This document shows, in pieces, positions 25,381-38,744 of a stretch of DNA of 64,000 bases. The stretch lies in NCBI RefSeq assembly GCF_006345805.1, contig NC_043006.1, positions 11,594,001 through 11,658,000 on the forward strand, in the 5' to 3' direction. The position numbers and the translations under genes were made by a program. Position 1 is the first letter of the stretch, and each line of letters starts with the position of its first letter. Below the pieces are notes generated by a model. That model saw only the letters and a program-made list of their open reading frames with translations, searched no databases and was not told the origin of the DNA. The DNA comes from Octopus sinensis. Its lineage: Eukaryota.

Positions 25381-27363
25381 GTAAATATACAACCTTATTT
25401 TTTTCATTCACTTTCAAACCATTGTTTTCTTTGTTAAAACTTTGTCTTTGCTGCTTGCTTAGATCCACTCCAGGACCATCTCGACCAGGTTAGGAGTAAG
25501 TAATCCTCAAAGCAGAGACCTACCCTGTATATTTGCAACAGACTGGGCGGCGACAAGGAGAAAATACTACGACCGCCCCCCCCCCCATTACACATTTATT
25601 TGGATATCATCAACATCATCGTTGTTTAACGTCTGCTTTCCATGCTAGCATGGGTTGGACGGTTTGACCGGGGTCTGAGAAGCCAGGAGGCTGCACCAGG
25701 CCCAGTCTGATCTGGGAGTGTTTCTACAGCTGGATGCCCTTCCTAATGCCAACCACTCCATGAGGGTAGTGGGTGCTTTTTACGTGCCAGGAGAGGCTGA
25801 CAATGGTCATGATTGGTTGGTGCTTTTTACGTGCCACTGGCACGGAGGCCAGTTGAGGTGGCGCTGGCAACGGCCACGTTCGTATGGTTCTTTTACATGC
25901 CACTAGCACTGGTATCACAACTACAATTTCCATTGATTTTTGATTGATTTCGATTTCACTTGCCTCAACAGGTCTTCGCAGGCAGACTTTTGTGTCCCAA
26001 GAAGGAAATATAGTAGTAGTAGTAGTAATATTGTATACCTCTCAAAGTTGAGATGGTAACAGTTGGAATGTCTTTGATTGTGGGTCCTCTTGATCAGGGT
26101 TGACCTGAGACTAAACAACGTCAGCAAGAGATCATTCCAGAGAACTATATTTCTGGACAAGATGACAAGTCACTGAGACTTCTGGCGATTTATGCGCTTG
26201 AGAAGACATGCCATACTAAGTGAATTGTGGTCATGGCCAGTACCAGTGGCACGTAAAAAGCACTCATTTTGGTGGCACATTAGATGAACCCATGCCAGTG
26301 ACATGTAAAAGGTAACTGTGCTGGTGGCACATTAAAGGAACCCATGCCAGTGATATATAAAAGACACCTGTGCCAGTGACATGTTAAAGGCACCTGTGCC
26401 AGTGGAACATTAGAGGAACCTGTGCCACTGATATCTAAAAGGCATTCCTGCCAGTGACACATGAAGGGCACCTTTGCCAGTGACATGTAAAAGACACCTG
26501 TGCCAGTGGCACATTATAGGAACCCACACCAATGATATACTTAAAAGGCACCTGTGCCAGTAATATATAAAAGGCACCTGTGCCAGTGACATGTAAAAGA
26601 CACCTGTACCAGTGGCACATTATAGGAAACCACACCAATGATATAGTTAAAAGGCACCTGTGCCAGTAATATATAAAAGGCACCTGTGCCAGTGATATGT
26701 ACAAAGCACTTGTGCCAATGACATGTAAAAACGCCCAGTATACTCTGTAAAGTGGTTGGTATTAGTAAAGCATCCAGCTGTAGAAACCAAGCCAAAACAG
26801 ACGGCCGGAGCCTGGTGCAGCTCTTTAGCTTACTACCACCATTCAAACCATCTTACTGATGCTAGCAAGGAAAATGGATGCTAAATGTTGATGATGATGA
26901 TGAAAATGAAGGATTGAAAAAAGCACTCTGTTTGGGATAGAATTAGCCCAAGCAAGTGTGATGGGAAGATGAGAGTTGAGTGTCTTGTCTTTTATACATT
27001 TATGAGAGGTATTTTTCCTTAGGGTTGAATGAAGTTTCCGTTTATATTGTCCTAAAAACTTTTGTTACTATATACGAAATATAACGTATTGTATCAAAAT
27101 ATTCCTCATCCATGCCTTTATTAGTATACAAAGAAAAAAAAACATATCAGGTCTGTACCCTTAATACAATGAAAGTTATAACTGTTTTAAAATACTAGGT
27201 GCTCATATTTTTTGTTCCCTCAAAAATAATGGTAGGGGAAACAATTCTAGGGGCAATAGTTTACTAAATTCTTCATTATTAAAAAAATTAATTACAGTAA
27301 AGGCTGTGTATTGTAATAGAAATGTGGTAACATGGTGTTAAGGAAACAATTAGCGAAGGTCTG

Positions 27364-27765
27364 GGATCTTTTCGGTTTGAACGGCAGTTTTTTCTAGCGG
27401 TGTCATATGAAATTGTCACCCATAATTATGACCCTAGTATCGATCTATTGCATTTCAATCTGTTTTAGGGTTAGGGGTGGGGGGAAGGGTATCTTTTTTT
27501 CTTCAGAAATGTAAATAAATCCAATCTATTTCTTAAACGAGGGATATATTCATGCGGCACAGAATGTTTTCACCTCAATAGGCGTCATTGATTGGTTGAA
27601 ATTGAAGAAATTGAAGAAAAAAAACAACAAATATCTTACAAACTACAGAATTTTCTCAATAAAGCCAAGAGAAAAAAAAGTTTTATAAACACATTCTACC
27701 AGTATACGAAGTTTAGTTATGTGGAAATTATTTTAAAAAACTGCCAGTCAAACCGAAAAGATCCC
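27364..27765. mobile_element. MITE family T1 copy 3, flanked by ~265-bp direct repeats
   Basis: Same TIRs; direct repeats at 27097-27363 and 27767-28028. A related truncated inverted relative lies at ~28967-29235. Confidence 0.85.
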
Positions 27766-28648
27766 CAAATATTCCTCATCCATTCCTTTATTAGTATACA
27801 ATGGAAAAAATATCACGTCTGTACACTTCATACAACGAAAGTTATAACAGTTTTAAAATACTAGGTGCTCATATTTTTTGTTCCCTCAAAAATTATGGTA
27901 GGGGAAACAATTCTAGGGGCAATAGTTTACTAAATTCTTCATTATATGCAAATTAATTAAAGTAAAGGCTGTGCATTGTAATGGAAATGTGGTAACATGG
28001 TGTTAAGGAAATAATTAGCGAAGGTCTGTATTGGAAAGAAAAATAGGTAAACAAGATACTCGATAAAGTTGTTGAAGGCAAAATGGGCATCCATTTGTAG
28101 AAAATGGGCAAAAAATAGAACATCTGAGCAACAGGATATTTCTGGATGGGCTTCTTTCTAACACATTATCCGTTTATGTTTTGAAAATTTCGTGCTACTT
28201 AATATTAAATTCAATATTAAATTAATCGGGCAACCATACCTATTTCTTTACTACTCACAAGGGGCTAAACACTGAGAGGACAAACAAGGAAAAACAAACG
28301 GATTAAGTCGATTATATCGACCCCAGTGCATAACTGGTACTTAATTTATCGACCCCGAAAGGACGAAAGGCAAAGTCGACCTCGGCGGAATTTGAACTCA
28401 GAACGTAGCGGAAGACGAAATACCGTTTAGTATTTCGCCCGGCGACTAGTTTTCACCGACAGTTATCTCCCTTAGTCTACTTTATTCGCACAAATTGTCT
28501 CTCTTCTGTTAACCAAGTTTTGTTTTAATTATCTTTTATCTACCCTCGGTGATGTTATGGTATTTCTTCCCGTGCCATGGGGAACCGTGTGTGTGTGTGT
28601 ACCGGGTGTGTATAAATGGGGCGGGGGCGCCGATCCCTTACTGTAGAG

Positions 28649-28827
28649 CAGTGCTTTTCAATCTTTTTGCTGGAGCGGAACCCCAAGGAAACATTCCACT
28701 GGCTCGGGGAACCCCTGTGCAATAATTTAATAGTCTTATGCACACATATCTGCACAGGAGAATTAAAAATTACTGCCGATTTTAGCAGTTTTGCAACTTC
28801 TTGCGGAACCCTGGTTGAAAACCACTG
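28649..28827. mobile_element. hAT-type MITE
   Basis: CAGTG(C/G)TTTTCAA inverted ends; perfect 8-bp TSD CTGTAGAG. Confidence 0.9.
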
Positions 28828-29750
28828 CTGTAGAGACTAACTGATATTTAGTTATGTCCCTTCATTTGCTAATTTCAAATCCCGTAGAGGTAAATTTTTG
28901 CCATCCTCCATTGATAAAAAAAATATGTACAAGTCAAGCAGTGAGGTGGGTTTAATAGCTAGTATGGATCTTTTCCTTTTGAACGGCAGTTTTCAACACA
29001 CTTTCTAGTTAACTAAACACTTTTAAACTTCGTGTACTGGTAGAATGTGTCAAAATAAAGCTTTTTTTTCTCTTGGCGTTCTTGAGAAAATTGTAATTTG
29101 TAAGTTTAACGTAGTTTAATTTTTCGAATTTTAATTAATCAATTGCCTCTATTGAGCTAAAATCATTTGCTGCGTCTAAAACTGTGACAACATCCTGTCA
29201 CTAACCCTAACCCTCACCCTAAATTTTAATCTTTCGTTTTTTTTTTTTCTTAATTGTTAAATTAATTTAAGGATAACAATTAAGAAAAAAAAACGAAAGC
29301 AATGGAAAATAATTTTAAACATCCATACTATGGATGAAAATTGCTGGATATAAGACAAATTAGGTTTAGAGTGCAAGAGAGAAGATTGTGCTAGCAATGG
29401 CACATGATGTTTGGTTAAGGAAATGCTGGAAGCTGATCTTAAGGGGGTAAACCTGACAAAAGTCCACAGCAAATAAGTGAGATACTGTGATAGAGAATTC
29501 ACTGTCTTAGCTATCTAATCAAGGAAGAGTTGACACAAAATAGCTGAGTGGTGTTAATGATTTACATTTAGCACACTGCATTCTCTCTAGAATTGTTTCG
29601 CCCGCCACTGCCCGATTACTACAAGGGAGAAAACTCATATGATGACACGATGCACCTACAGTGTGCTAAAGGTTAAGATATTTAGTCATGTTTAATGTAT
29701 CTTTTAATTGGTTATCCTGAATTATTCGTGTGTAAATCTCTCTGTTGCAG

Positions 29751-29859
29751 CTTCCTGAGCAATATCGCTTTCTGAATCAGACGCCACAGAAAAAGAAACA
29801 CAAACACAAAAAGAGTAAGAAAGAAGGCGGCAAAGATGGTAATTCTCAAGAGATTCAAG
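29751..29859 (+). CDS. MED19: MED19 coding exon 4
   Basis: LPEQYRFLNQTPQKKKHKHKKSKKEGGKDGNSQEIQ; tgcag| acceptor, G|gtaaga donor, phases 0/1. Confidence 0.95.
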
Positions 29860-32660
29860 GTAAGAAGCTGTGCTAACGACTCGTTTTTATCTATTTTTGA
29901 GAATTAATTAATGGAAAACAATAGAATATTTTGTTGTGTCTGGGGGAGAGTCATTTTCTTTTTGTGCCTTATAATGTAACACTCACCGGTAAAACTTCCA
30001 CTTATGTCTTATTTGGTTGCACAAACACACACATACACGCACACACACACACATATATATATATACAACGGGCTTCTTTTAGTTGTATATTTTAAAAATT
30101 GTTCCGTGCTGGTGGCACGTAAAAAGCACCATCCGATCGTGGCCGTTTGCCAGACTCGCCTAGCTTCCGTGCCGGTGGCATGTAAAAAGCATCCACTACA
30201 CTCACGGAGTGGTTAGCATTAGGAAGGGCATCCAGCTGTAGAAACACTGCCAGATCAGACTGGAGCTTGGTGCAGCCTCCTGCCTTCACAGACCCCCGTT
30301 GAACCGTCCAACCCATGCTAGCATGGAAAACGGACGTTAAACGATGATAATAAAAAATATAATTTATTTTATTATCAATGCGAAACAACACCACGGAGAA
30401 TTCAACATAAGCTTAAATATTAAACCGCGATAGGTGAACTGCAATATAGCGAGGTATTACTGTATATATCAATGGAATTTGTATCTTTGTGGTACCAGTG
30501 CCAGTGGCACGTGGCACACAAGAAAACCATCCGAACGTGGCCGTAGCCAGTACCGCATCGACTGGCCTCCGTGCTGTGGGCACGTAACAAACACCATCCG
30601 ATCGTGGCCGTTTGCCAGCTTCATCTGGCACCTGTGTCGGTGGCACATAAAAACACCATCCGAGCGTGGCCGTCTGCCAGCCTCGTCTGGCACCTGTGTC
30701 GGTGGCACATAAAAAACACCATCCGAGCGTGGCCGTTTGCCAGCCTCGTCTGGCACCTGTGTCGGTGGCACATAAAATCACCCACTACACTCTCGGAGTG
30801 GTTGGCGTTAGGAAGGGCATCCAGCTGTAGAAACACTGCCAGATCTGACTGGACTGGTGCAGCTTTCGGGCTCCCCAGACCCCAGTTGAAACGTCCAACC
30901 CATGCTAGCATGGAAAGCGGACGTTAAATGAAGATGATGATGATGATGATGATATATTGATATGCACGCGTGCATGTGAGACACCGTTCGACAAACAGAA
31001 TCGATTATTTAAGGTACTGGGGTCGATATAACCCTTTGTAGCAGATTCTCAATTTGGTCATTATAATTGAAACCAGTAACAAAAAAAAAAATGAAAATAT
31101 ATGAAAAGTAGACAAAAATTTATTGCTTTTACGGATACCATTTTGGGGAGGCAACTCATATCACGGAAAAGACAAGGGTCAGAGTTGTCTCTCTTCCGAA
31201 TTTTATCGCTATTTATGCTGTTCATGTGTCTATCAGTTTGAAAAGATTGATGCGTGGGAGACTTGGTTGCTATTTTCTACCCCTTTAAAGGCGGCGAGCT
31301 GGCAGAAACGTTAGCACGCCGGGCGAAATGCGTAGCCGTATTTCGTCTGTCGCTACATTCCAAGTTCAAATTTCGCCGAGGTCGACTTCGTCTTTCATCC
31401 TTTCAGGGTCGATTAAATAAGTACCAGTTTCCTACTGGGGTCGATGTAATCGACTTAATCCCTTTGTCTGTCCTTGTTTGTCCCCTCTATGTTTAGCCCC
31501 TTTTGGGCAGTAAAGAAATATATTTTCTACCCCGTTGAGTTTACTACATGGTAGGATCAGTCAATGACTCTGCTGTTATTAATATCATTAGCTATAATTG
31601 ACTAAGGCAAAATTAATCTGTAGTGGGTCTGTTCTGTTGCTAAAGGTGGCTAAGAAATTGCTTACATTTATTTGTAAGTGTGGTGTAACTTTTCCTTGCA
31701 TATCTTAAATGGAGACTACTTTAGCGTGGGGGGGGGGTCTACAATTTCAAGGGAGATTACTTTAGGTTACTGTTTTACTCTTTTACTTGTTTCAGTCATT
31801 TGACTGTGGCCATGCTGGAGCACCGCTTTTATAGTCGAGCAAATCGACCCCAGGACTTATTCTTTGTAAGCCTAGTACTTATTCTGTCGGATCTCTTTTG
31901 CCGAACCGCTAAGTTACGGGGACGTAAACACACCAGCATCGGTTGTCAAGCGGTTTATTAGACGTAAATGAAACATGGTTTTATTATTATCAAAATAGTG
32001 ATAATTTTGAAAAATATATGTTTATAATGCTAAGTATGTACGAAAGAATTTATTTAAAAAATTTAGAATTTGAAAAGTAAACTAAAAAGTGATTTAAAAT
32101 AATCTCCCTTTAGATTGTAGATCACAGGCCAAAGTAGCACCATCATCGTTTAACGTTTGCTTTCCATGCTAGCATGGGTTGGATGATTTGACTGAGGACT
32201 GGCAAACCAGGCTCCAATCTTGATCTAGCAGAGTTTCTACGGCTGGATACCCTTCGTAACACCAACCACTCCGAGAGTGTAGTGGGTGCTTTTATGTGCC
32301 ACCGACACGAGGGCTAGTCAGGTGGTACTGGCAACGGCCACGCTCAAATGGTGTTTTTTTATGTGCCACCGGCCCAGGAGCCAGTCCAGAGGCACTAGCA
32401 ACGACCTCGCTCGAATATATTTTCATGTGCCACTGGCACAAGTGCCAATAAGGCGGCGCTGGTTACAAATCACGCCCGAATGGTGATTACGTGCCACCAG
32501 CACGGAGGCTAGTTAGCCACTCTGGCAACGATCATGCTCGGATGGTGCTCTTAGCGCTCCACTAGCACGGATGCTAGTCACTGAAATGTATATGTAATGT
32601 AACATTGTTGTGCTTTATAATGTTTGTTAAGTCTGAAATAATGTTTTCATTTCTTTTAAG

Positions 32661-32758
32661 GAGAAAATTCTTCCGATACTGGTCACGATAAAAAGAAGAA
32701 AGTGAAACGATCAGACGAAGAGAAAGAGAAAAAGAAACGAAAGAAGAAAAAGAAGAAG
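32661..32758 (+). CDS. MED19: MED19 coding exon 5 (lysine-rich)
   Basis: (G)ENSSDTGHDKKKKVKRSDEEKEKKKRKKKKKK; ttaag| acceptor, |gtaatg donor, phases 1/0. Confidence 0.93.
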
Positions 32759-33189
32759 GTAATGTTTAGAGATATTTATTTATCTGTTACCTGCACAAAA
32801 AGTTTGATATTTGCTTGTGTGGCAATTTGGGGGATGTCACTATGTTCTTGGCTTGACCAATGCCTTATGAATGGAATTTAGATGGTTGGGAAAGTGTGCA
32901 GAGTCTCATTGTCTGTATATGTGTGTCTCTTTCTATAGCTTTGGTCAACCAACAATTCTGGAGTGAATTTGATTGATGGAAACTGTGCAGAAGCCCATTG
33001 TGTGTGGGTGTGTGGTGAAGGGTGGTGGTTTGTTTATGACTCCATATCTGAATGGTTTGATGAAAGAAATGGGTAGAATAAGTACCAGACTTAAAAATAC
33101 GTACTTGGGTCAGTTGTGCAGCTAAATCCACCAAGGATGTGCCCCAGTATTTGGGGCACGTCCTTGAAACAAGGAATAGTTAAAAGACA

Positions 33190-33880
33190 TGATAAATGCT
33201 CAGGCTGAGAAAGATCAAAATGCCCATTGATGAATCTCTGTATGAGTAAAAATCTTGTTTATAAATGTACCGTACACAGAAGGGGAGGGTCGTATCTTTA
33301 CATTGGGCAGACGGCTGATTCGTTTAAGAATCATTATCACAACCATGTTGTCAGCTTCAAGAGAATCAATAAAAGACATTCAATATCTTTGGCCGATTTT
33401 GTGTGGCGATTGAATCATCATCATCATTGTTTAACATCTGCTTTCCATGCTAGCATGGGTTGGACGATTTTGACTGAGGACTGGTGGACCAGATGACTGC
33501 ACCAGGCTCCAATCTTGATGTGGCAGAGTTTCTACAGCTGGATGCCCTTCCTAACGCCAACCACTCAGAGAGTGTAGTGGGTGCTTTTACATGCCACTGG
33601 CACGGGGCCAGTCAGGCGGTACTGGCAATGACCTTGCTTGAATCAATTTTCCACGTGCCACCTGCACAGGTGCCAGTGAAGGAGGATAAAATTGAGTATA
33701 GCATGACTTGGTCCATAGTAAGGCATGCAAAACCATACAATATCATTTCCAGGAGATGCTGACTCTGCTCCGAGGAATCCCTGTCTATTCTAAGGACCAA
33801 TGCGAAGATCCTTAATAGAATTTTTGTAAGTCTCCCAAGATGCCTATATGCATATAAATGTACTTTCGCACAATGCAGTG
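33190..33880 (+). pseudogene. Penelope-like element GIY-YIG endonuclease relic (split by family C at 33413-33677)
   Basis: KCPLMNLCMSKNLVYKCTV...YLYIGQTADSFKNHYHNHVVSF...LADFVWRL|KEDKIEYSMTWSIVRHAKPYNIISRRC*LC: VY-YIG motif, upstream Cys cluster and C-terminal CxLC. Confidence 0.8.
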
Positions 33881-34809
33881 GGAATGAATTTGAGTAACTG
33901 TTAACATAGTTTATTTTAAAGTATGGATGAATTAAGTTTAGCTTCAACTTCCCCAGTCTTATAAACCCAAGTAGCTATTTAACTTGCTATGTGAATGTGT
34001 GTGCACCAAGCCACACGTGTGTGTACGTACACGTCATGCAAATTGCATGAGGGCTTTTACACATCCATATTTGGTAACGGTTATGTTTAATACTTTCCTT
34101 GTTGTATTGTGTGTTTGTTTCTTTTTTGCATCTGTTATTTTATTTTTGATCTTCTTATGTAAATGAAGACATATTCTTTTGTTTTGCTGCTTTTCTTCGT
34201 ATGAAATGAGAAGACGCATTGTGGAACTGTTATTTTAATGAGTTATATCTATATATCACCTGACAAGACACATCTGCCCTGCCGGATGGATGCTCCTGAA
34301 CCAGTCGTTAAGTGTCCCACGCATGAGGGATTGATGCTAGATGTATTGAAACAATTGTTCATCATCATATTCATCATCATAATCGTTTAACATCCGTTTT
34401 CCATGGACTGGATGGTTCGACCGGGATCTGGGAAGCCAGGAGGCTGTACCAGACTCCGGTCTGATCTGGATGCCCTTCCTAACGCCAGCCACTCTGTGAA
34501 CGTAGTGGGTGCTTTTTACGTGCCACCGGCACAGTTGCCAAGGGAGGCTGGCAGCGGCCATGATCGGTTGGTGCTTTTTACATGCCACCGGCACAGAAGC
34601 CAGTCAAAGCGGCGCTGTGATTAATAAAAATTCTCATACATTCCATATTTCATCTACCATATATATATATATATATATGTAATTTAAATATATTTATATT
34701 TATAAATATATTTATTTATATTGAGGGCATTACTATACATGCCATACACTTGGAGGGACTCTTAAAGTCAAACTACCAAAATTTTAATTCCTTTTTTACG
34801 GAGATGTAC

Positions 34810-35085
34810 TTGCATAGCAAGTGACCTGATCTGAGATTGTGTGCTGGAACGAAAACAATTGCAGCGTGGTCGGTGTTTATAAGCCATCTAAGAAACACAC
34901 AAAAACTGTTAGATTCACTTCAACATGCTTTGAGATGCAGCATGAAGTTTTGTCAGTGAACAGGTTGTGGTCTCAAAGTGATGAAAATATTTTGACAAAT
35001 TAAATTTAAATGTTGAAGTGAATCTAACGGATTTTGTGTGTTTCTTAGATGGCTTATAAACACCCTCCATGCTGCAATTGTTTAA
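34810..35085. mobile_element. Fold-back element family H6, copy 2
   Basis: Inverted arms homologous to the 24243 element. Confidence 0.8.
34949..34999 (+). ncRNA. Type I hammerhead-like motif with G3-C8 core (copy 2)
   Basis: UUUGUCA-GUGAACA-G-GUUGU-GGUCUCAAA-GUGAU-GAAA-AUAUUU/UGACAAA; stem II is mostly G-U wobbles. Confidence 0.55.
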
Positions 35086-36169
35086 TTTCTTTATATCAAA
35101 ATTATCTCCCTTCTTCTTAGACTTGCTAACAATTGCCGCTAGGTTTTTGTCTTCTTTCTTCAACTGAGAAGATTTCAGTTAGGAATTTGCATATTGGCAT
35201 TCAGTATATCACTTCTTAATTTATTTATTCAAATTTTTGTCATTGATTTATTTGAGTTAGTTCCTTTTGCTCATTTTCTAAAATTATTTTTAGTTATACA
35301 AATTATATTGGCCATAACTTATACATAACTCATTCTACATGTAAAAATCTTTGTCAGCTGATCAACAAGCAGGCTTGAGTGGACTATGCTGATAAGGTGT
35401 AATGGGCTGGAACATGTGCATAGTTATCCCTTCCTGGCAAATAAAGGTTATATTTGTTGTTTCGTATTCACATAGAAAAAAAAAACTTTAAGAGATTTAT
35501 ATTAAAATTATTACTAAGGTCAATATAAAGGAGGTGCTGCAGCATGACCACAATCGAATGCATGAAATTAGAAAAAGAATAAAAATAGAAAGCCTCAATG
35601 ATAAATTAATTAGATTAATTGTGAAAAATTAATTCCTTGAAATTATCTCCCTTGTAACAGTTGCTGCTAGATTGGGAAATTGCTATTAAGAATTATTGTA
35701 TGGTATTCAATGCATCACTCTCCTACTTATTTATCACAGTTCATGCCATTGGTTCATTTGAGTTATTTCCCTTTGATTCTTGTATTTTTTTTTCTTTCTG
35801 TTACTCTGTAATAAATATATTTCTATGATCCCTGGTCTGGTGGTACGTAAAAAGCACCATCCGACTCGTAGCCGATGCCAGCACCGCCTCGTCTGGCTTC
35901 CGTGCCGGTGGCACATAAAATACACCAATCCGACCGTGGCCGTTGCCAGCCACGCCTGGCACCTGTGCAGGTGGCACGTAAAAAGCACCCACTACACTCA
36001 CGGAGTGGTTGGCGTTAGGAAGGGCATCCAGCTGTAGAAACACTGCCAGATAAGACTGGAGCCTGGTGCAGCCTTCTGGCTTCCCAGATCCCCGGTCGAA
36101 CCGTCCAACCCATGCTAGCATGGAGAACGGACGTTAAACGACGATGATGATGATGATGATAATGGGATG

Positions 36170-36540
36170 GAAGCACTCCGTCGGTTACGACGATGAGGGT
36201 TCCGGTTGATCCGATCAATGGAACAGCCTGCTCGTGAAATTAACGTGTAAGTGGCTGAGCACTTCACAGACACGTGTACCCTTAACGTAGTTCTCGGGGA
36301 TATTCAGCGTGACACAGAGAGTGACAAGGCCGGCCCTTTGAAATACATGTACAAGAGAAACAGGAAGTAAAAGTGAGAGAAAGTTGTGGTGAAAGAGTAC
36401 AGCAGGGATCACCATCATCCCTGCCGGAGCCTCGTGGAGCTTTTTAGGTGTTTTCGCTCAATAAACACTCACAACGCCCGGTCTGAGAATCGAAACCGCG
36501 ATCCTACGACCGCGAGTCCGCTGCCCTAACCACTGGGCCT
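36170..36540 (-). mobile_element. SINE family D (tRNA-like head; tail ...CGTAACCGACGGAGTGCTTCCA)
   Basis: Full-length match to the copy at 47146-47501; related copy at ~59097-59365. Confidence 0.85.
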
Positions 36541-36891
36541 CCACTTTCTATATAATAGTAGCTGATGTAATAGTTAGTTGGTTGCATTGTATAGAGGATA
36601 AGACAGTGAAAGAGAGAGAAGGGAGAGATCATGTTAGAGGTGCAGGATGATTGCATATACTAGGCTTGGTGGCAGGCAAAGTTTAAGAGAATAGCCCCCT
36701 CCCCCTCTGAATGAACGACAAAAAAAAATCATGGGAATAGTGGAAAAAAAGGGACTAAATGACAGCAAAGGGAGGAGTTAAATAAATAAATTTGTTTTAT
36801 TTAATTTTATTTTAAGGTAATAAATATTTTTCTTTCAAAAATTAGCTTTCATTTCATTTTTTAGTATTAGCACCAAGAAATCTGATGAAAT

Positions 36892-37015
36892 TAATAATTA
36901 TTGTAATAATTAATAATTATTGTAATAATTAATAATTATTGTAATAATTAATAATTATTGTAATAATTAATAATTATTGTAATAATTAATAATTATTGTA
37001 ATAATTAATAATTAT
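36892..37015. repeat. 19-bp AT-rich minisatellite (TAATAATTATTGTAATAAT) x ~6.5
   Basis: Exact tandem period of 19. Confidence 0.95.
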
Positions 37016-38744
37016 GGTGGCAAAAGAACACTTTCAAGATTACCCCTTACCCATGAGTAATACTCTTGGTATTGACATCATCATCATTTAACGCCTGTTT
37101 TCCATGCTGGCATTGGCTGGACGGTTTGACCAGAGCTGGTAAGTACCAGTGGCTGCACCTGGCTTCATTGTCTGTTCTGGCTTGGTTTCTACGGCTATCT
37201 GTCCTTCCTAATGCCAACCACTCTGAAGAGTGTCCTGGGTGCTTTCTATTTGGCATCAGCATCACTGTCTGTAACGTGACACCAGCATGAGTGCTTTTTA
37301 TGTGACATCAGTACCGGTACCAATTCTTCTGTGACAGATAGGTCTTCTTGAGTACAGCGAGGTGCCAGGTATCTCGGTCCTTTGTCATCTCTTTCATAGG
37401 GCTCAGTGTCTTGAGATCGGTCTTCAATTACTTACTCCTATGTCTTCCTGGGACTCCCTCTTCCACAAGTTCCATCCACTTTGAATGATTGGCGCTTCTG
37501 TATGCAGCTGTCTACATCCATACACATGGATGTATAAGCAAATATAATCTATAATGAACCAGCATCGCCTTACTGGCACCTGTGCCGTTGGTATGTGTAA
37601 AAAAATTGGAGCGAGGTCGTTGCCAGTACCGCCTGACTGGCCCCCGTGCCAGTGGAATGTAAGAAGCACCCACTACACTCTCAGAGTGGTTGGCGTTAGG
37701 AAGGGCATCCAGCTGTAGAAACTCTGCCAGATCAAGACTGGAGCCTGGTGTAGCCATCTGGTTCACCAACCCATGCTAGCATGGAAAGCGGACGTTAAAC
37801 GACGATGACGACGATGATGATGATGATGAAGTGCACTCTCAGATGTTTAGAGACTTAACTATTTCGTAGTAAGGAGCATCAATTCAAATTTGTCTACATC
37901 ATCATTGTCATAATCATTGAATCCTTTCATTACTGTATCTATTTTGAGATGCTCTGTGTTTCTTTCAATTTCTTCAAATATAACAAAGAATTTAGTAAAA
38001 TAACTTTGCTATCATTAAGCTAATGTTAGGAACATAAATTGTGACTAAGGTCTGGTGGAAGATTTTAATACAAAACTTATGAAAACAAGACATTTGTACT
38101 CAGAGCCAGAGTCGGTTTCAGCCGGGTTGGTAATGAAAGGGTTAACATCCAGCTTTCATGGTGATATGGGTTGGATGGTTTCACAGGATTTTATATGTTG
38201 GAGTACTGTGAAGCATCAGTGTCTGCTTTGGCATGGTTTCTATGGCTGAATGCCTTTCTTCATGCCACCCACTTTAGAGCAGTACTGGGGGCCATTTTAT
38301 GATTGCGTTTTAACTTGTAAGGCTAAGGGACTAAAGTGGTCCTTGAATTCATCTGACCCAGTGAGAAAATAAATAAATAAAAGAATAAATGAAAACATAA
38401 AGCTAAAATATACAACTGAAACATGTGTAAGCTTGGATACGTCTGTTGTTAAGAAGCTTACTTTTCAACCATTTGGTTTTGGGTTCAGTTTCACTGCATG
38501 GCACCTTGGAAAAGTGTTATCTACTATACCTTAGGACCAACAAATGCCCTGTGAATTTGTTTGATGGGAACTTGTGTAGAAGCCTGTCGTATCTGTATGC
38601 ATGGGTTTGTCTTTGTCCCCAATTCTGCTTGGCAACTTGTGTTGTTTTGCTTTCATCTCTTTAACTTAGCAATTTGCCTAAAAGACCAATGGAACAAGTA
38701 CCAGTCTTAAAAATACATACTGAAATCAATTTGTTCAGCTAAAC

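Noticed and set aside
34928-34978. Apparent pseudoknot CTTTGAGA / TCTCAAAG with H6 loop II
   Set aside because: Equally explained as a remnant of the inverted arm after a deletion.
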